Assembly: GCA_011049115.1 (NCBI GenBank)
Contig: DSCM01000096.1
Location: 17,158 to 81,157 of the forward strand
DNA length: 64,000 bases
Direction: 5' to 3'
Origin: Pseudomonadota bacterium
GTDB taxonomy: Bacteria > Desulfobacterota > Anaeroferrophillalia > Anaeroferrophillales > Tharpellaceae
The notes beneath the pieces were generated by a model. It was not told the origin of the DNA and ran no database searches. It worked only from the letters and a program-made list of their open reading frames with translations. Each line of letters begins with the position of its first letter. Position 1 is the first letter of the stretch. Shown one piece after another: positions 48,310 to 59,948 of this stretch. The translations under genes were made by a program, and so were the position numbers.

Positions 48310-49545
48310 TCACCGGGCCATGGCCTCAACAATCAACTGCGCGAAAGTACTGCAAGTGACCTCCTCGCCGCCCTCCATCTGCCGAGCCAGATCATAGGTT
48401 ACCCGCCGCCCCAGAATTGCTTTCCGCAAAGCCGTTTCGACTAGGCTGCCGGCCTCTTTCCAACCCATAAAATCAAGCATCATCTTACCCGAAAGAATCA
48501 GCGATCCGGGGTTGACCTTGTCCTGGCCGGCATACTTGGGAGCCGTGCCATGGGTGGCCTCAAAGATAGCGATTCCGTCGCCGACATTGGCTCCTGGAGC
48601 AATCCCAAGTCCACCGACCTGGGCGGCACAGGCATCGGAAAGATAATCTCCGTTAAGATTGGGAGTGGCCAGCACGTCATATTCGGCCGGACGCAGCAGC
48701 AACTGCTGAAACATCGCATCCGCGATCCGATCATTGAGCAGGATCTTTTCCGCCGGCAGTTCGCCCTGATAATGAGTCAAAAGTTCATTTTCCGTAACGA
48801 CCCGATCAGAGAATTCAGCCCGGGCTATTTCATATCCCCACTGACAAAAAGCACCTTCGGTAAATTTCATAATATTACCCTTGTGCACCATGGTCACTAC
48901 CCGGCGCTGATTTTCAAGGGCAAAGATAATCGCCTTACGGATCAGACGTTTGCTGCCCGCAGGACTCATCGGTTTGATTCCCAGGGCCGATCCTTGAGGG
49001 ACTTTGGCTCCCAGTTTATCCCGTAGATAGGCCCCCAGCTCTTCGGCTTCAACCGAGCCCGAGGGCCATTCCAGCCCAGCATAGACATCCTCCGTGTTTT
49101 CGCGAAAAATAACCACATCAAGATCCCCCGGCCGCTTCATCGGATTGGGCACCCCATCATAATAACGCACCGGTCGAATACAGGCATAAAGATCAAAATA
49201 ATGGCGCAACGCAACATTCAGACTACGAATGCCCCCTCCGGTCGGGGTTGAAAGCGGACCTTTAATGGCGATCCGCTGTTTGCGGATGGCATCCAGGGTT
49301 GTTTGCGGCAAATATGAACCGGTTTCAGCAAAAGCCGTTTCTCCGGCGGCCAGGGGCTGCCAGCAGACCAGCCTGCGCCCGGCGTAAGCCTTATCGATGG
49401 CCGCGTCAAGAACCTTTCGCGTGGCCTCCCAGATATCTGGTCCGATGCCGTCTCCGGCCAGAGCTCCGATAATCGGGTTATCCGGAACCCGATAGACCCC
49501 GTTTTCAAAATCAATATACTGACCCGGTTGCCGTGTCGCTGTCAT
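48310..49545 (-). CDS. icd: Isocitrate dehydrogenase (NADP), homodimeric type
   Basis: 411 aa with [15 protein letters not shown] and GSLILSG motifs. Confidence 0.9.
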   Translation of the reverse strand: MTATRQPGQYIDFENGVYRVPDNPIIGALAGDGIGPDIWEATRKVLDAAIDKAYAGRRLVCWQPLAAGETAFAETGSYLPQTTLDAIRKQRIAIKGPLSTPTGGGIRSLNVALRHYFDLYACIRPVRYYDGVPNPMKRPGDLDVVIFRENTEDVYAGLEWPSGSVEAEELGAYLRDKLGAKVPQGSALGIKPMSPAGSKRLIRKAIIFALENQRRVVTMVHKGNIMKFTEGAFCQWGYEIARAEFSDRVVTENELLTHYQGELPAEKILLNDRIADAMFQQLLLRPAEYDVLATPNLNGDYLSDACAAQVGGLGIAPGANVGDGIAIFEATHGTAPKYAGQDKVNPGSLILSGKMMLDFMGWKEAGSLVETALRKAILGRRVTYDLARQMEGGEEVTCSTFAQLIVEAMAR

Positions 49546-49565
49546 GCGCTCCTCCTGTAAATCAA

Positions 49566-51353
49566 TTATGCAATTTTTATCGCCAGATCCCGCAGTTGCC
49601 GTGGGCTGACAGTATTCGGCGCCCCGCTCAACAGACAGGTCGCTTTCTGGGTTTTGGGAAAAGCGATCACTTCGCGAATCGACTGACGCCCCAACAGAAG
49701 CATCATCAGGCGATCAAGCCCAAAAGCGATACCACCATGTGGAGGAGCGCCGAAACTCAAAGCATCCAGGAGGAAACCAAACTTTTCCCGAGCCTCCTCA
49801 TCGGTGATCTTGAGAAGCCGAAAAACCTTGGCCTGAGTTTCACTGTCATGAATTCTGATACTGCCGCCGCCAACCTCGACCCCATTCAGAACCAGATCAT
49901 AAGCCTTGGCTTTGACCTGTAACGGATTACTCTCAAGCCTGGCGAGGTCCTCATCCAGCGGAGCCGTAAAGGGATGATGAATCGCCACATAGCGTTTTTC
50001 CGACTCATCCCAGGCGAACATGGGAAAATCGACAACCCAGCAAAAAGCCAGTTTGGTTTGATCAATCAGGCCCATTTTCTCACCTAAGTGCAAACGCAAA
50101 CGACCGAGAGCCTCATTGGCGACTTCAGCCCGATCGGCCACAAACAACAGCAAGTCGCCGGTTTCCGCCTCCATACGCTGACCCAGTGCGGTTTTTTCAG
50201 GTTCACTGAAAAATTTCACGATCGGCGACTGCCAGCCATCGTCATTAACCTTGATCCAAGCCAGCCCCTTGGCCCCATAAATCTGAACTACGGCCAGCAA
50301 ATCATCGATTTCCTTTCGCGAAAGCGCCGCCCCACCTTTTAGATTAATCCCTTTTATCAGTCCCTTACCATCCAGAACCGAACGAAAAACCTTAAATTCA
50401 GTCCCCGCGAAAACCCCGCAGAGATCGACCAGATGCATGTCAAAACGCAGATCCGGGGCATCCAGACCATACATATCCAAGGCTGCGCTATAAGTCAGCC
50501 GCGGGTAAGGTGGACAGCTGTCAAAGCCTTTCACAGTTTTAAAAATCATGGCTATCATGCCTTCAACCAGCCCCATCACGTCATCCCGCTCGACGAAGGA
50601 GAGTTCCATATCAATCTGAGTAAATTCCGGCTGCCGGTCGGCTCGCAGATCTTCATCCCGAAAACACTTGACAATCTGGAAGTAACGATCGAAGCCGGCG
50701 ACCATGAGAAGCTGCTTGAAAAGTTGCGGCGACTGCGGCAAGGCAAAAAATGACCCCGGATTGGTGCGGCTCGGAACCAGATAATCACGGGCTCCTTCAG
50801 GAGTACTTTTTGTCAGGACCGGCGTCTCGATTTCCAGAAAATCATGTTCATCGAGATAATCCCTGACGATTTTACTTACCTTGTGACGAGTAATTAGGGC
50901 CTCCTGTAAAGCTTGCCGGCGCAAATCCAGATAACGATATTGAAGCCGTACATTCTCGCCGATTTCACTGGTTTCATCAATCATGAAAGGCGGGGTTTGA
51001 GATTTATTTAAGATTCTGACCTGATCAGCCAGAATTTCAATTTCCCCGGTTGCCATATTGGCATTGATCGTACCCTTCGGACGACAAACCACCCCGCCTT
51101 CAACCTGCAGGACAAATTCTCCCCGCAGAAGATGAGCCTGAGCATGAGCCTCGGGTGCATTTTCAGGATTAAAAACCACCTGGGTCAAGCCATAACGATC
51201 CCGCAAATCGATAAAAATCACGCCTCCGTGATCGCGCCAGTTCTGCACCCAACCCGACAGTTTGACTCTTTTACCGATATCCGCAGCCCGTAATTCTCCA
51301 CAAACATGACTCCGGTAAGCGACGGCTCTTGTCTTAATACTGCTCTGTTCCAT
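49566..51353 (-). CDS. aspS: Aspartate--tRNA ligase
   Basis: 595 aa with FIDLRDRYG and [19 protein letters not shown] (class II motif 3). Confidence 0.9.
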   Translation of the reverse strand: MEQSSIKTRAVAYRSHVCGELRAADIGKRVKLSGWVQNWRDHGGVIFIDLRDRYGLTQVVFNPENAPEAHAQAHLLRGEFVLQVEGGVVCRPKGTINANMATGEIEILADQVRILNKSQTPPFMIDETSEIGENVRLQYRYLDLRRQALQEALITRHKVSKIVRDYLDEHDFLEIETPVLTKSTPEGARDYLVPSRTNPGSFFALPQSPQLFKQLLMVAGFDRYFQIVKCFRDEDLRADRQPEFTQIDMELSFVERDDVMGLVEGMIAMIFKTVKGFDSCPPYPRLTYSAALDMYGLDAPDLRFDMHLVDLCGVFAGTEFKVFRSVLDGKGLIKGINLKGGAALSRKEIDDLLAVVQIYGAKGLAWIKVNDDGWQSPIVKFFSEPEKTALGQRMEAETGDLLLFVADRAEVANEALGRLRLHLGEKMGLIDQTKLAFCWVVDFPMFAWDESEKRYVAIHHPFTAPLDEDLARLESNPLQVKAKAYDLVLNGVEVGGGSIRIHDSETQAKVFRLLKITDEEAREKFGFLLDALSFGAPPHGGIAFGLDRLMMLLLGRQSIREVIAFPKTQKATCLLSGAPNTVSPRQLRDLAIKIA

Positions 51354-51541
51354 ATTGATATCCCATCAGATTTTAAAAAGACCACCCTCGGTCGTTGCCT
51401 AAAGACCAGTGAACCTGCGCCTTTTGCCATCTTTAACCAACCTAGTCAAGCCCTTTCTGGCGAACTTCAATTGACCCTTCCCGGCATTTTCCTCTTGACT
51501 TTAGAGAGTCAATCCATTAGAAGCCTCGCAACAATTTCAGG

Positions 51542-51618
51542 CGGGATGTGGCTCAGCCCGGTAGAGCACTGCGTTCGGGACGCAGGGGTCGGAGGTTCAA
51601 ATCCTCTCATCCCGACCA
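51542..51618 (+). tRNA. tRNA-Pro (anticodon CGG)
   Basis: Acceptor stem CGGGATG/CATCCCG, anticodon stem CTGCG/CGCAG, loop TTCGGGA, T-loop GGTTCAAATCC, discriminator A and an encoded CCA. Confidence 0.85.
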
Positions 51619-51620
51619 TG

Positions 51621-51662
51621 AAAAAATCAAAAAAGGGACAGCTCGCAGCTGTCCCTTTTTTA
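51621..51662. terminator. Bidirectional rho-independent terminator (after tRNA-Pro on the plus strand, after ahcY on the minus strand)
   Basis: AAAAAATCAAAAAA GGGACAGCT-CGC-AGCTGTCCC TTTTTT. Confidence 0.65.
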
Positions 51663-51689
51663 GTTTTAACGGTTGCGGAAGCTTTCGTC

Positions 51690-53114
51690 CTAATAGCGAT
51701 AATGCTCGGGTTTATAGGGGCCGTTAATCGATATGCCCAGATAATCCGCCTGCACCTGATTAAGAACCGTCAATTTAGCCCCGAGTTTCTCAATATGATA
51801 ACGGGCGACCTCTTCATCCAGAATCTTAGGCAACCGATAAACCCCGATTTCATAACGGTTTTTCCACAAATCAAGCTGAGCCAGGGTCTGATTGGCAAAC
51901 GAGGCCGACATCACAAACGAAGGATGTCCGGTAGCACATCCCAGATTTACCAGACGACCCTCCGCCAGGACAAAAACCTGGTGCTTATCCGGAAAAGTGT
52001 AACGATCAACCTGGGGTTTAATCTTTTCCCTGACAATACCGGGCCATTTATTGAGGCGCGCGATCTGAATTTCACTGTCAAAATGACCGATATTACAAAC
52101 GATCGCCTGGTTTTTCATTCCCGCAATATGTTCGGCCGTGATAACATCACGATTTCCGGTCGTGGTCACGTAAATATCACCCTCGACCAACGCCTCTTCC
52201 ATTGTCGTCACCTCAAACCCTTCCATCAGGGCCTGCAAGGCACAAATCGGATCGATCTCGGTAACTATCACTCGAGCGCCGAAACCGCGCATGGACTGAG
52301 CGCAGCCTTTCCCAACATCACCATAACCACAGATCACCACATTTTTACCGGCGACCATAACGTCGGTCGCCCGCTTGATCCCATCCGCCAACGACTCGCG
52401 ACAACCATAGAGATTGTCAAACTTTGACTTGGTCACGGAATCATTGACATTAAATGCCGGGAACTTGAGCTCGCCCTTTTCCATCATCTGATAGAGACGA
52501 TGAACTCCGGTCGTTGTCTCCTCCGAGACTCCGCGGCAATTATCAACCCAGTCTTGAAAGTTACTCACTTTACGACGCTGGATTTCCCGCAGCAGGGCAA
52601 CCAGTTCGATTTCGTCTTCCGATTGAAAGTCTCCCTCAAGCAATGAAGGGTCCTTTTCGGATCGCGCTCCCAGATGCATCATCAGCGTGGCATCCCCTCC
52701 ATCATCGACGATCAGATCCGGACCGCCCCCCCCAGGAAAAGAGAGCGCCTGGTAGGTGCAGGCCCAATAGTCGGCCAAGGTCTCACCTTTCCAGGCAAAA
52801 ACAGGAATCCCTGCGGCCGCGATCGCAGCCGCGGCATGATCCTGGGTAGAAAAAATATTACAGGAAGCCCAGCGCACCTCTGCGCCTAAAGCGACCAGGG
52901 TTTCAATCAGGACCGCCGTCTGAATCGTCATATGCAATGAACCGGTGATCCTGGCCCCCTTCAGAGGCTGATCGGCCAGATACTTTTCCCGGATCGCCAT
53001 CAAGCCCGGCATTTCGTGTTCAGCAACCTCAATTTCTTTACGCCCCCATGCAGCCAGACCGGAATCAGCGATCAAACAGGTCAGCTCGGCAAAAGGATCA
53101 ATTTTTGTACTCAT
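51690..53114 (-). CDS. ahcY: Adenosylhomocysteinase
   Basis: 474 aa with [11 protein letters not shown] and the NAD motif [12 protein letters not shown]. Confidence 0.9.
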   Translation of the reverse strand: MSTKIDPFAELTCLIADSGLAAWGRKEIEVAEHEMPGLMAIREKYLADQPLKGARITGSLHMTIQTAVLIETLVALGAEVRWASCNIFSTQDHAAAAIAAAGIPVFAWKGETLADYWACTYQALSFPGGGGPDLIVDDGGDATLMMHLGARSEKDPSLLEGDFQSEDEIELVALLREIQRRKVSNFQDWVDNCRGVSEETTTGVHRLYQMMEKGELKFPAFNVNDSVTKSKFDNLYGCRESLADGIKRATDVMVAGKNVVICGYGDVGKGCAQSMRGFGARVIVTEIDPICALQALMEGFEVTTMEEALVEGDIYVTTTGNRDVITAEHIAGMKNQAIVCNIGHFDSEIQIARLNKWPGIVREKIKPQVDRYTFPDKHQVFVLAEGRLVNLGCATGHPSFVMSASFANQTLAQLDLWKNRYEIGVYRLPKILDEEVARYHIEKLGAKLTVLNQVQADYLGISINGPYKPEHYRY

Positions 53115-53242
53115 CCGTAAATTTCCTATTCGTTAAGTTACACAATAAGCCCATCCCGACAAGGCGAGCTGAACTATAAACAACAGAGGGCACCTCAAAA
53201 AGAGTGCCCTCAAATAAAACAACGTCACAACCCAGGCCAGAC

Positions 53243-53899
53243 CTAAACGTAACCTTTATCGAGCGCGTATTTAATCAGATCGGCAACCGAGCGGAATTTC
53301 ATTTTGCGCATGATGTTAGCTCGATGATGTTCAACCGTACGCAAGCTGATATACAAAAGATCGCCAATTTCACGGCTGGTATTGCCTTCCGCCACCATTT
53401 TCAAGATTTCACGTTCACGATTGGTCAGGTGCTCAAAAGGAAGTTTCTTGTTTTTGCGATAAAACTTCATCAAGTCTTCAGAAAAATCCGCCGCCAAGGT
53501 TGGTGAAATATAGGTCTCCCCATGCATGACCTGGTCAATAGCGGCTAAAAGTTCGTCATCGCTGTTTTCTTTAAGCAGATAACCATCAGCTCCGGCGGAA
53601 ATTGCGGCATACAGATACTCTTTATTATTGTGCATGGTCAGCATCAAAACCTTGACCCCCGGCTGAGCCCGCCGGACTTCGGTAATCGCTTCGATTCCAC
53701 GCACATTGGGCATCGAAATATCAAGCAGCACGAGATTGACACGATTTTTATTTAAAAACTCAATCAGTTCAAGACCATCACTAACCTCGCCGACAACTTC
53801 AAGATTATTTTCTTCCTCGATTATCTTCTTGATACCCTGACGCAACATCGCATGATCATCAGCCAGAACGATCTTACATTTGCCATCATCTCTAAACAT
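53243..53899 (-). CDS. LuxR/NarL-family response regulator
   Basis: Receiver (IVLADDH...LLDISMP) plus a C-terminal LuxR helix-turn-helix. Confidence 0.8.
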   Translation of the reverse strand: MFRDDGKCKIVLADDHAMLRQGIKKIIEEENNLEVVGEVSDGLELIEFLNKNRVNLVLLDISMPNVRGIEAITEVRRAQPGVKVLMLTMHNNKEYLYAAISAGADGYLLKENSDDELLAAIDQVMHGETYISPTLAADFSEDLMKFYRKNKKLPFEHLTNREREILKMVAEGNTSREIGDLLYISLRTVEHHRANIMRKMKFRSVADLIKYALDKGYV

Positions 53900-54171
53900 C
53901 AGACAACTCCTTGATTTTACGTATCTTATAACTTTATATCACAACGACGCTATCAGCCGAACGAATATCTCTCACAAACCTAACCGTCGCAATATATCAG
54001 ATAGATAAACTATTTACAAGCAAATCAGCTTGAAGTGGCAATAAAAGCTGACTTTTTTACAAACAACCTTACGCAATGACTTCCTTTTCAGAAACCAAAC
54101 AGAAAACGCCTCCCTCCTCTTAGCGCAAAAAAATGCCTTTCATCGATAAACTTATCGGCAAAACATCATCT

Positions 54172-55833
54172 CTACCGTTTTTTAGGAATCAGAAACTTCA
54201 CCTCAGTGCCCTTGCCTGGCTGGCTCAGAATCTGAAGGGTCCCCTCCAACAACCGAACCCGCTGGGCCATACTGGCCAGACCCAACCCGGCCCGCGAGGG
54301 AGTTTTGCTGACCTGATCCACAACAAAACCGATGCCGTCATCCTTGATTGAAAAGGAGACCTCATCATCCATAACCTTAACTTCAAACAACACTAGTGAC
54401 GCATTCGCGTGTTTTTCTACGTTATTTAGGGTTTCCTGCACGATCCGGTAAATATGACGAGACGCATCCCGGGGAAAAAACTCATCTAGGTCAGGAATTG
54501 AAATGGACACTTTCATGCCTTTAAGGGCAGCGAAGTTATTGATCATCTGTGCCAGGGCGTCGCCCAGACCAAGATCATCCAGAACCACCGGACTCAAATC
54601 GTGGGACAAACGTCTTGTATCTTCAATAATCTGCGCTATGAATTGCCGTATTTTAAGGCATTCACCTTTAAGGTCAGGAAGTTCAAGACGCTTTTCAACT
54701 CTGGCGACCTGCATCTTGAGGGCGGCCAGGGATTGACAGAGACCATCATGCAATTCATTCGCCAACAACCTTCTTTCGTTATCCTGAACCCGGAAAAGCT
54801 CACTGGACAGCTCTCTCAGCTGCTCCTGAACCTGTATTGGGTTAAGGGTTTGCGATTGGTTTCGACAAGACGCTTCCACTACCCCCCAAAAATAACCCTT
54901 GCCGGCAATAAAAGCATGAAACCAGATAACCGAAAGTAAGGTTTGCCGAGACTCATCACCATACCAGGCAAACTCGCTGGGCTCGGCAAACATTTGGTCG
55001 AAAATATCGGATGAAACTTCCGGCATGGCGGACGAGAAAGAACGCAACTCTTTGATCAAGGCTGGATCTCGACAATATCGCTCAAATTTACCGGATAACA
55101 CCTGATCATGATCCAACCCTAAAAGCCTTTTACCGGCTCGATTAATTAGTTTTATATCAAGGTTTTCATCCAACAGCACACCGGCTCCGGGCAGTGCGGC
55201 CAGCAAGCCTTGAAAGAAAAGCGATCTTTCCCGTTCTCGGTGGGATTGCTTTTTCATCTCTAAAAAGAGAACCCCGATACCGGCGCTCACCAGAGCAAGA
55301 AAAAAAACCAGTCCGACCGTCCCCCAAAAAGCCGCGCGGATTTTATTGCGGGCGACCACTTCTCGAAACACCATGGTCTGGACCAGACTTTCCGCTTTCT
55401 TTTCAAAAATCGTCCCTAATGAGATATCAGACGAGGTTCCCGGAACGGCATTTCCCCGGGCCTGTTTCAAGCTGATCATAGATTCTATCAGGAAAACGAT
55501 TTCTTTATTATTCATCGCGGAAAGCTTTACTCCGGCAAACATCCCTCCCCGGCGCAGAAGGCCAAGGGCGGCTACCGCGTTCCATTCCTGAGGCAGACCG
55601 GCTTCATCCGCATTCAGGCCTCCAAGCGACTCTCGCCTGGAGAGCCCTTCTGAACAATCCAGAATTTTTCGCGCCAACAACGCCTGACAGGCAGCCTGTT
55701 CGTTCTGCCGGACCTGCCAGGCAAGAAAAGCCAGACTCAACAGAAGCAGAATATAAACCGTCAAAAAGCCGCCGAACAGAAGCGATGGTCTTGTGGGTCG
55801 GAAAAACATAATTTTGCTCCTGGCTGATAGCAC
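54172..55833 (-). CDS. Sensor histidine kinase (HisKA_3/NarX-type) with N-terminal TM and sensing regions
   Basis: LANELHDGLCQSLAAL H-box and a HATPase_c C-terminus. Confidence 0.75.
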   Translation of the reverse strand: MLSARSKIMFFRPTRPSLLFGGFLTVYILLLLSLAFLAWQVRQNEQAACQALLARKILDCSEGLSRRESLGGLNADEAGLPQEWNAVAALGLLRRGGMFAGVKLSAMNNKEIVFLIESMISLKQARGNAVPGTSSDISLGTIFEKKAESLVQTMVFREVVARNKIRAAFWGTVGLVFFLALVSAGIGVLFLEMKKQSHRERERSLFFQGLLAALPGAGVLLDENLDIKLINRAGKRLLGLDHDQVLSGKFERYCRDPALIKELRSFSSAMPEVSSDIFDQMFAEPSEFAWYGDESRQTLLSVIWFHAFIAGKGYFWGVVEASCRNQSQTLNPIQVQEQLRELSSELFRVQDNERRLLANELHDGLCQSLAALKMQVARVEKRLELPDLKGECLKIRQFIAQIIEDTRRLSHDLSPVVLDDLGLGDALAQMINNFAALKGMKVSISIPDLDEFFPRDASRHIYRIVQETLNNVEKHANASLVLFEVKVMDDEVSFSIKDDGIGFVVDQVSKTPSRAGLGLASMAQRVRLLEGTLQILSQPGKGTEVKFLIPKKR

Positions 55834-55875
55834 CCCAATGTCGCCGCCGAAAACATCCGGCTGAATTACTCGGCC

Positions 55876-58503
55876 TTAATCCTGAGAAATAAAAGCTGCA
55901 GCGCGACTGACAAGCTCACCGCCGCTCATAATCTGAAACTCAGCCTCCGGAAGAACTGCAAGCAGGCGTGATCCGTAACTTTTTTCAACCAGCCGTCGAT
56001 CACAAATCACGATAACGCCGCGATCCTTGCGACTGCGAATCAGGCGGCCGACCCCCTGCTTCAATTTGAGGGCGGTCTGCGGCAAGGTATAATCGTAAAA
56101 AGGATTCCCTCCACAAGCCGCCACATATTCCAGACGGGCGGCCAGGACCGGTTCAGTAGGGACCTTGAACGGTAAACGCACCACCACCAGGCACTCTAGA
56201 GCCCGTCCTTTGACGTCAACCCCCTCCCAAAAACTGTCCGTGGCAAACAGAACCGTACCTGAATTGTTTTTCAATTCATTGAGCAGCCATTGCCGCTGCC
56301 CTTCTCCTTGAAGCAACATCCTGACCCCGCGCCGAAGCAAGGAATCCCGGCAACCATAAGCAACCTCGCGCATGGTCCGATATGAAGTAAAAAGAACCAT
56401 CGTCCGTCCCCCGAGACGGGCAATCAAGGTGTCAAGAAAGAGTGACAAGGCCGGCACATAAGACTTTTCATTAGGCAGCGGCAGATCATTGGGCACCGCG
56501 ATCAGGGCGTGACGCCGATAGTCAAACGGGCTGGCCAGAATCATTGTCTGTAAAAAACCCTTTCGCGAGCGCTCGGCAAGCCCGACCCGACCGGTAAAAA
56601 AGGCAAAGGAACGATCCACCGCCAAGGTCGCCGAGACCATGATCATGCAGTTTAAGCGCTGATAAAGCAGCTTCTCGAGCAAGGAACCAACTTCCAGTGG
56701 AGCCAGAACGAGACGGCAATTACGGCGCCGCCCGGAACTCACCTCAACCCAGGCGATAGTCCCGGCCTCAACCTCTGTTTTTAGAAAAAATCCACTGATA
56801 AAATCAACCTGGCTACGAAAACGATTCAGGGCCACGAGAAATTCCTGATACCAGGCAGCAAAAAAATCTTCCGGCAAAAACTTGTCCTGCAAACCATATT
56901 CGATCTTGCGCCCGAGCCGCAACAAAGTCTTCACAACACTTGCGGCCTCATCAAGAAAGGCGGTGACGCTTGCGGCCAGATCCGTCCGCCAGAAAACATG
57001 GTTCCGTTCCCGAGCGGTAATCCGCAACTTAAACGATCCTTCTAAATCTCCCCCTTCTATGGCCTCGAAAGCCTCTTTCAGAAGATCGCGCCAGGTTGCA
57101 AAATAATCGTGCAAATCATGACTGAACATCAAGACGGCGGGCTCGGCCTCAGTTTCGAGCAAGGCGGTCAAGGCAGCATACAACTCAAGCTCCAGTTCCA
57201 TCCGGCGCCGGTCCGCAAGCCTTTTCCCGGAAGACGACAGCCCCTGACCAAGATGGCGGCGCAGGCGCCGCAGCAAACCCAGTTCGCGCCGCTGCCGATG
57301 AGCCAGGCGGTTAAGCTGCATCAGCAGCCCGATTTCAGAGATATTTTCTCCCAGATAACCGGTGGCCGCGTCCTCAAGATGATGGGCCTCGTCCATGATC
57401 AAAGCCTCGTAACGCGGCAGGATTCCTACCCCCTCCGGCAGTTGCAGATCGGCCATCAAAAGATGGTGATTGACCACGAGAAGCTGAGCCTGGGCCGCCT
57501 GCCGCCTGGCATTGTAAAAAAAACAGTTGGGAAACTCGGGACAGCGTGAAACGGGACAGGCATCCGCCTCGCTGGCAACCAGCTCCCAGGCCTCCGCACT
57601 GGGCAAACCAGGAAAATCGGCCCGGCTGCCACCTATGGTAGTCTGCCCCCACCTCACCAGGGCTTTGAGCTCATCATCCTGCGGTTCTTTCAGCTCCGCG
57701 ATTTCCCGCGCCAGTTCCTGAAGCCGTCGCCGGCAAAGATAATTCGCCCGGCCTTTGACCAGGACGGCTTTGACCGGTAGGGCAAGGTCCCGAATCAACA
57801 CCGGCAAATCCTTATCCAGCAGTTGTTCCTGAAGATTGATTGTATTGGTCGAAATAACGACTCGCTGCTGCCTGCGAATAGCCCAGAGCGCCGCCGGAAT
57901 CAGATAGGCCAGGCTTTTTCCAACTCCGGTTCCCGCTTCCGCAAGCAAAAAACCGTGATCGTTAAATACCTGCAGAACTTCTCGGGCCAATTCGGCCTGC
58001 TCCGCCCGAAATTCATAACCGGGCAGATTGACGGCCAGTTCCCCCGCGGGGGAAAAATACCTTTCCACCAAGTCAGGCGACAGCGCTTCTCCTGCGGAGT
58101 TGACCATCGGTTCGACGACCCCGTAAATCAGACTTACCGTATTATCAACGATCAGGAATGCAATATCATCTGCCGCCAGAAGTGACGCCACGCGAAGGTC
58201 GGCGTCCGAAGGAGAGAGATTACCGGAAGGATGGTTGTGAATGACGGCCTCACCGGGCCGCAGACTGCGGGACAAAGCCGGAGTCATATCCTGATTGCCG
58301 CGCGCCAAGACTCTTGCTTCAACTACTTTCGCGGAAATCAGGCGTGCCTGAAAAAAAACCTCATTGCCCCCAGCCAACTCGATCTCACGACGCATGAAAG
58401 TGATAACTTCTGGCTGCAGACAGGAGGCCGCGTCGCGACCGCTTGGTCGTGATAACCGAGCTGACTGAGTCCCCGCCGAGAAAGGCTGCCTTAAATATAC
58501 CAT
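55876..58503 (-). CDS. DinG-family ATP-dependent DNA helicase with an N-terminal RadC-like JAB/MPN domain
   Basis: N-terminal HNHPSGNLSPSDAD (JAMM motif), then an Fe-S helicase core with DEAH box IMDEAHHLED. The real start may be the internal MRREIEL. Confidence 0.7.
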   Translation of the reverse strand: MVYLRQPFSAGTQSARLSRPSGRDAASCLQPEVITFMRREIELAGGNEVFFQARLISAKVVEARVLARGNQDMTPALSRSLRPGEAVIHNHPSGNLSPSDADLRVASLLAADDIAFLIVDNTVSLIYGVVEPMVNSAGEALSPDLVERYFSPAGELAVNLPGYEFRAEQAELAREVLQVFNDHGFLLAEAGTGVGKSLAYLIPAALWAIRRQQRVVISTNTINLQEQLLDKDLPVLIRDLALPVKAVLVKGRANYLCRRRLQELAREIAELKEPQDDELKALVRWGQTTIGGSRADFPGLPSAEAWELVASEADACPVSRCPEFPNCFFYNARRQAAQAQLLVVNHHLLMADLQLPEGVGILPRYEALIMDEAHHLEDAATGYLGENISEIGLLMQLNRLAHRQRRELGLLRRLRRHLGQGLSSSGKRLADRRRMELELELYAALTALLETEAEPAVLMFSHDLHDYFATWRDLLKEAFEAIEGGDLEGSFKLRITARERNHVFWRTDLAASVTAFLDEAASVVKTLLRLGRKIEYGLQDKFLPEDFFAAWYQEFLVALNRFRSQVDFISGFFLKTEVEAGTIAWVEVSSGRRRNCRLVLAPLEVGSLLEKLLYQRLNCMIMVSATLAVDRSFAFFTGRVGLAERSRKGFLQTMILASPFDYRRHALIAVPNDLPLPNEKSYVPALSLFLDTLIARLGGRTMVLFTSYRTMREVAYGCRDSLLRRGVRMLLQGEGQRQWLLNELKNNSGTVLFATDSFWEGVDVKGRALECLVVVRLPFKVPTEPVLAARLEYVAACGGNPFYDYTLPQTALKLKQGVGRLIRSRKDRGVIVICDRRLVEKSYGSRLLAVLPEAEFQIMSGGELVSRAAAFISQD

Positions 58504-58657
58504 CGGCCGCCCCCTAACGCTGCCCGAAAATCGGGTTGTCTCATTTCCAGGTAAATCGGCCGCAGACGACTACATTTCGACAAGGATGAATTTTTCAGAT
58601 ATAAATCAGCGCGAATTAAATTAAAAACCGCCTTCGTAACGATCCCGGTTTACGGGT

Positions 58658-58954
58658 TTACGATACCTCATAAGATACTCGAAAATCATCAAAACCAGCA
58701 TCAGGTTCAGACCAGTAGCTTTCCAGCCCCACCACGCGAGCCCCAGGCGGGCCCTGAGCGCACCAGATCAAAAAGCCCTGCAATGCGGACCCCGAGCCCT
58801 CAGCCACGATCTCAACCTTGCCGTCCACACGGTTCCAGACCCGGCCGGAAAGACCCAGTTGCTGAGCCCGGCTGCAGGCCGAAGCCCGATACCAGACGCC
58901 CTGAACCTGACCGCTGACCACAACCCGCAGCTGTTTCCTTTTAACGTCAGACAT
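58658..58954 (-). CDS. acyP: Acylphosphatase
   Basis: 98 aa with VSGQVQGVWYR. Confidence 0.8.
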   Translation of the reverse strand: MSDVKRKQLRVVVSGQVQGVWYRASACSRAQQLGLSGRVWNRVDGKVEIVAEGSGSALQGFLIWCAQGPPGARVVGLESYWSEPDAGFDDFRVSYEVS

Positions 58955-59192
58955 GCCTACGAATCACGTTTGCAAAAGCCAAACCGGCTCAAAAAATCCC
59001 GGCCCGAGGTTTGCTGGTTTTATTCCCCTTCAACCTTCACGGCCCAGGCCGGACGCGTGTCTCTGCGAGACACTTCTATGTCCACCACAGCCCCCAGGTT
59101 TCGGGTGGCTTACATTCGAAGCCGTTTTCGAAGCCGTTGCGGTGTCATCCGGTTTTTTGCGAGGTTCAAGAGTGGTTACAAGTTTATCAGAT

Positions 59193-59792
59193 TTAAACTT
59201 TTTTGCTGAGCAAAGCAAAATCCTGATCAAGTTCATAAAGTAGGGGCTGAGCGGTGCCCACTTCAACCTGCTCGATTTTATCCGCATCAAGCTTTTCAAT
59301 CATCATGACCAAGGAACGCAGAACATTTCCATGCGCCACCAGCAGAACATTCCCGCCCAGGCGCAGATCCTCGCCCACCACCTGGCGCACGAAAGGCTGC
59401 ACCCGCAAACCTAAAGCTTCAAGACTTTCTCCACCCGGTGGGGCAATGTTATAACTGCGATGCCAGAGATTATAAATCCCCGTTCCATACAATTCCTTGA
59501 CCCGTTCCTTACTCAACCCCTGAAGAATACCATAATTTCTTTCCACCAGGCAAGGCTCGGGAATCAGCGGTGCCGCAGAACCCAGGGCCTTCAGGAAAAG
59601 TTCGGCGGTTTCCCGGGCCCGGGTCAGAGGCGAACAATAAGCCGCCGCAAATTCGAAACCGGCAAAGGATGCCGCCGCCGCCACCGCCGCCGAGCGCCCG
59701 GCATCAGTCAAAGGCACATCCACCGAACCGGCGAAACGATCATCCCGATTCCAGATTGATTCACCATGTCTCATTAAAACCAATACCGCCAT
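59193..59792 (-). CDS. Histidine phosphatase family protein (phosphoglycerate mutase-like)
   Basis: LMRHGESIWN RHG motif in a 199-aa protein. Confidence 0.7.
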   Translation of the reverse strand: MAVLVLMRHGESIWNRDDRFAGSVDVPLTDAGRSAAVAAAASFAGFEFAAAYCSPLTRARETAELFLKALGSAAPLIPEPCLVERNYGILQGLSKERVKELYGTGIYNLWHRSYNIAPPGGESLEALGLRVQPFVRQVVGEDLRLGGNVLLVAHGNVLRSLVMMIEKLDADKIEQVEVGTAQPLLYELDQDFALLSKKV

Positions 59793-59948
59793 TAACCCAT
59801 CCTGCTTCCTGTAAATTATCCTTACCCCTGCCGTTTGCTCCGGCTTTTCGTCGTTAATCAGGCCGACGGGGTGTCGTTATTGAGCAATCATGAATCGCGC
59901 AAGTTGTTACGAGCCCAGCAAACAAAGCCGCTGAGAGATATCCCTGAT

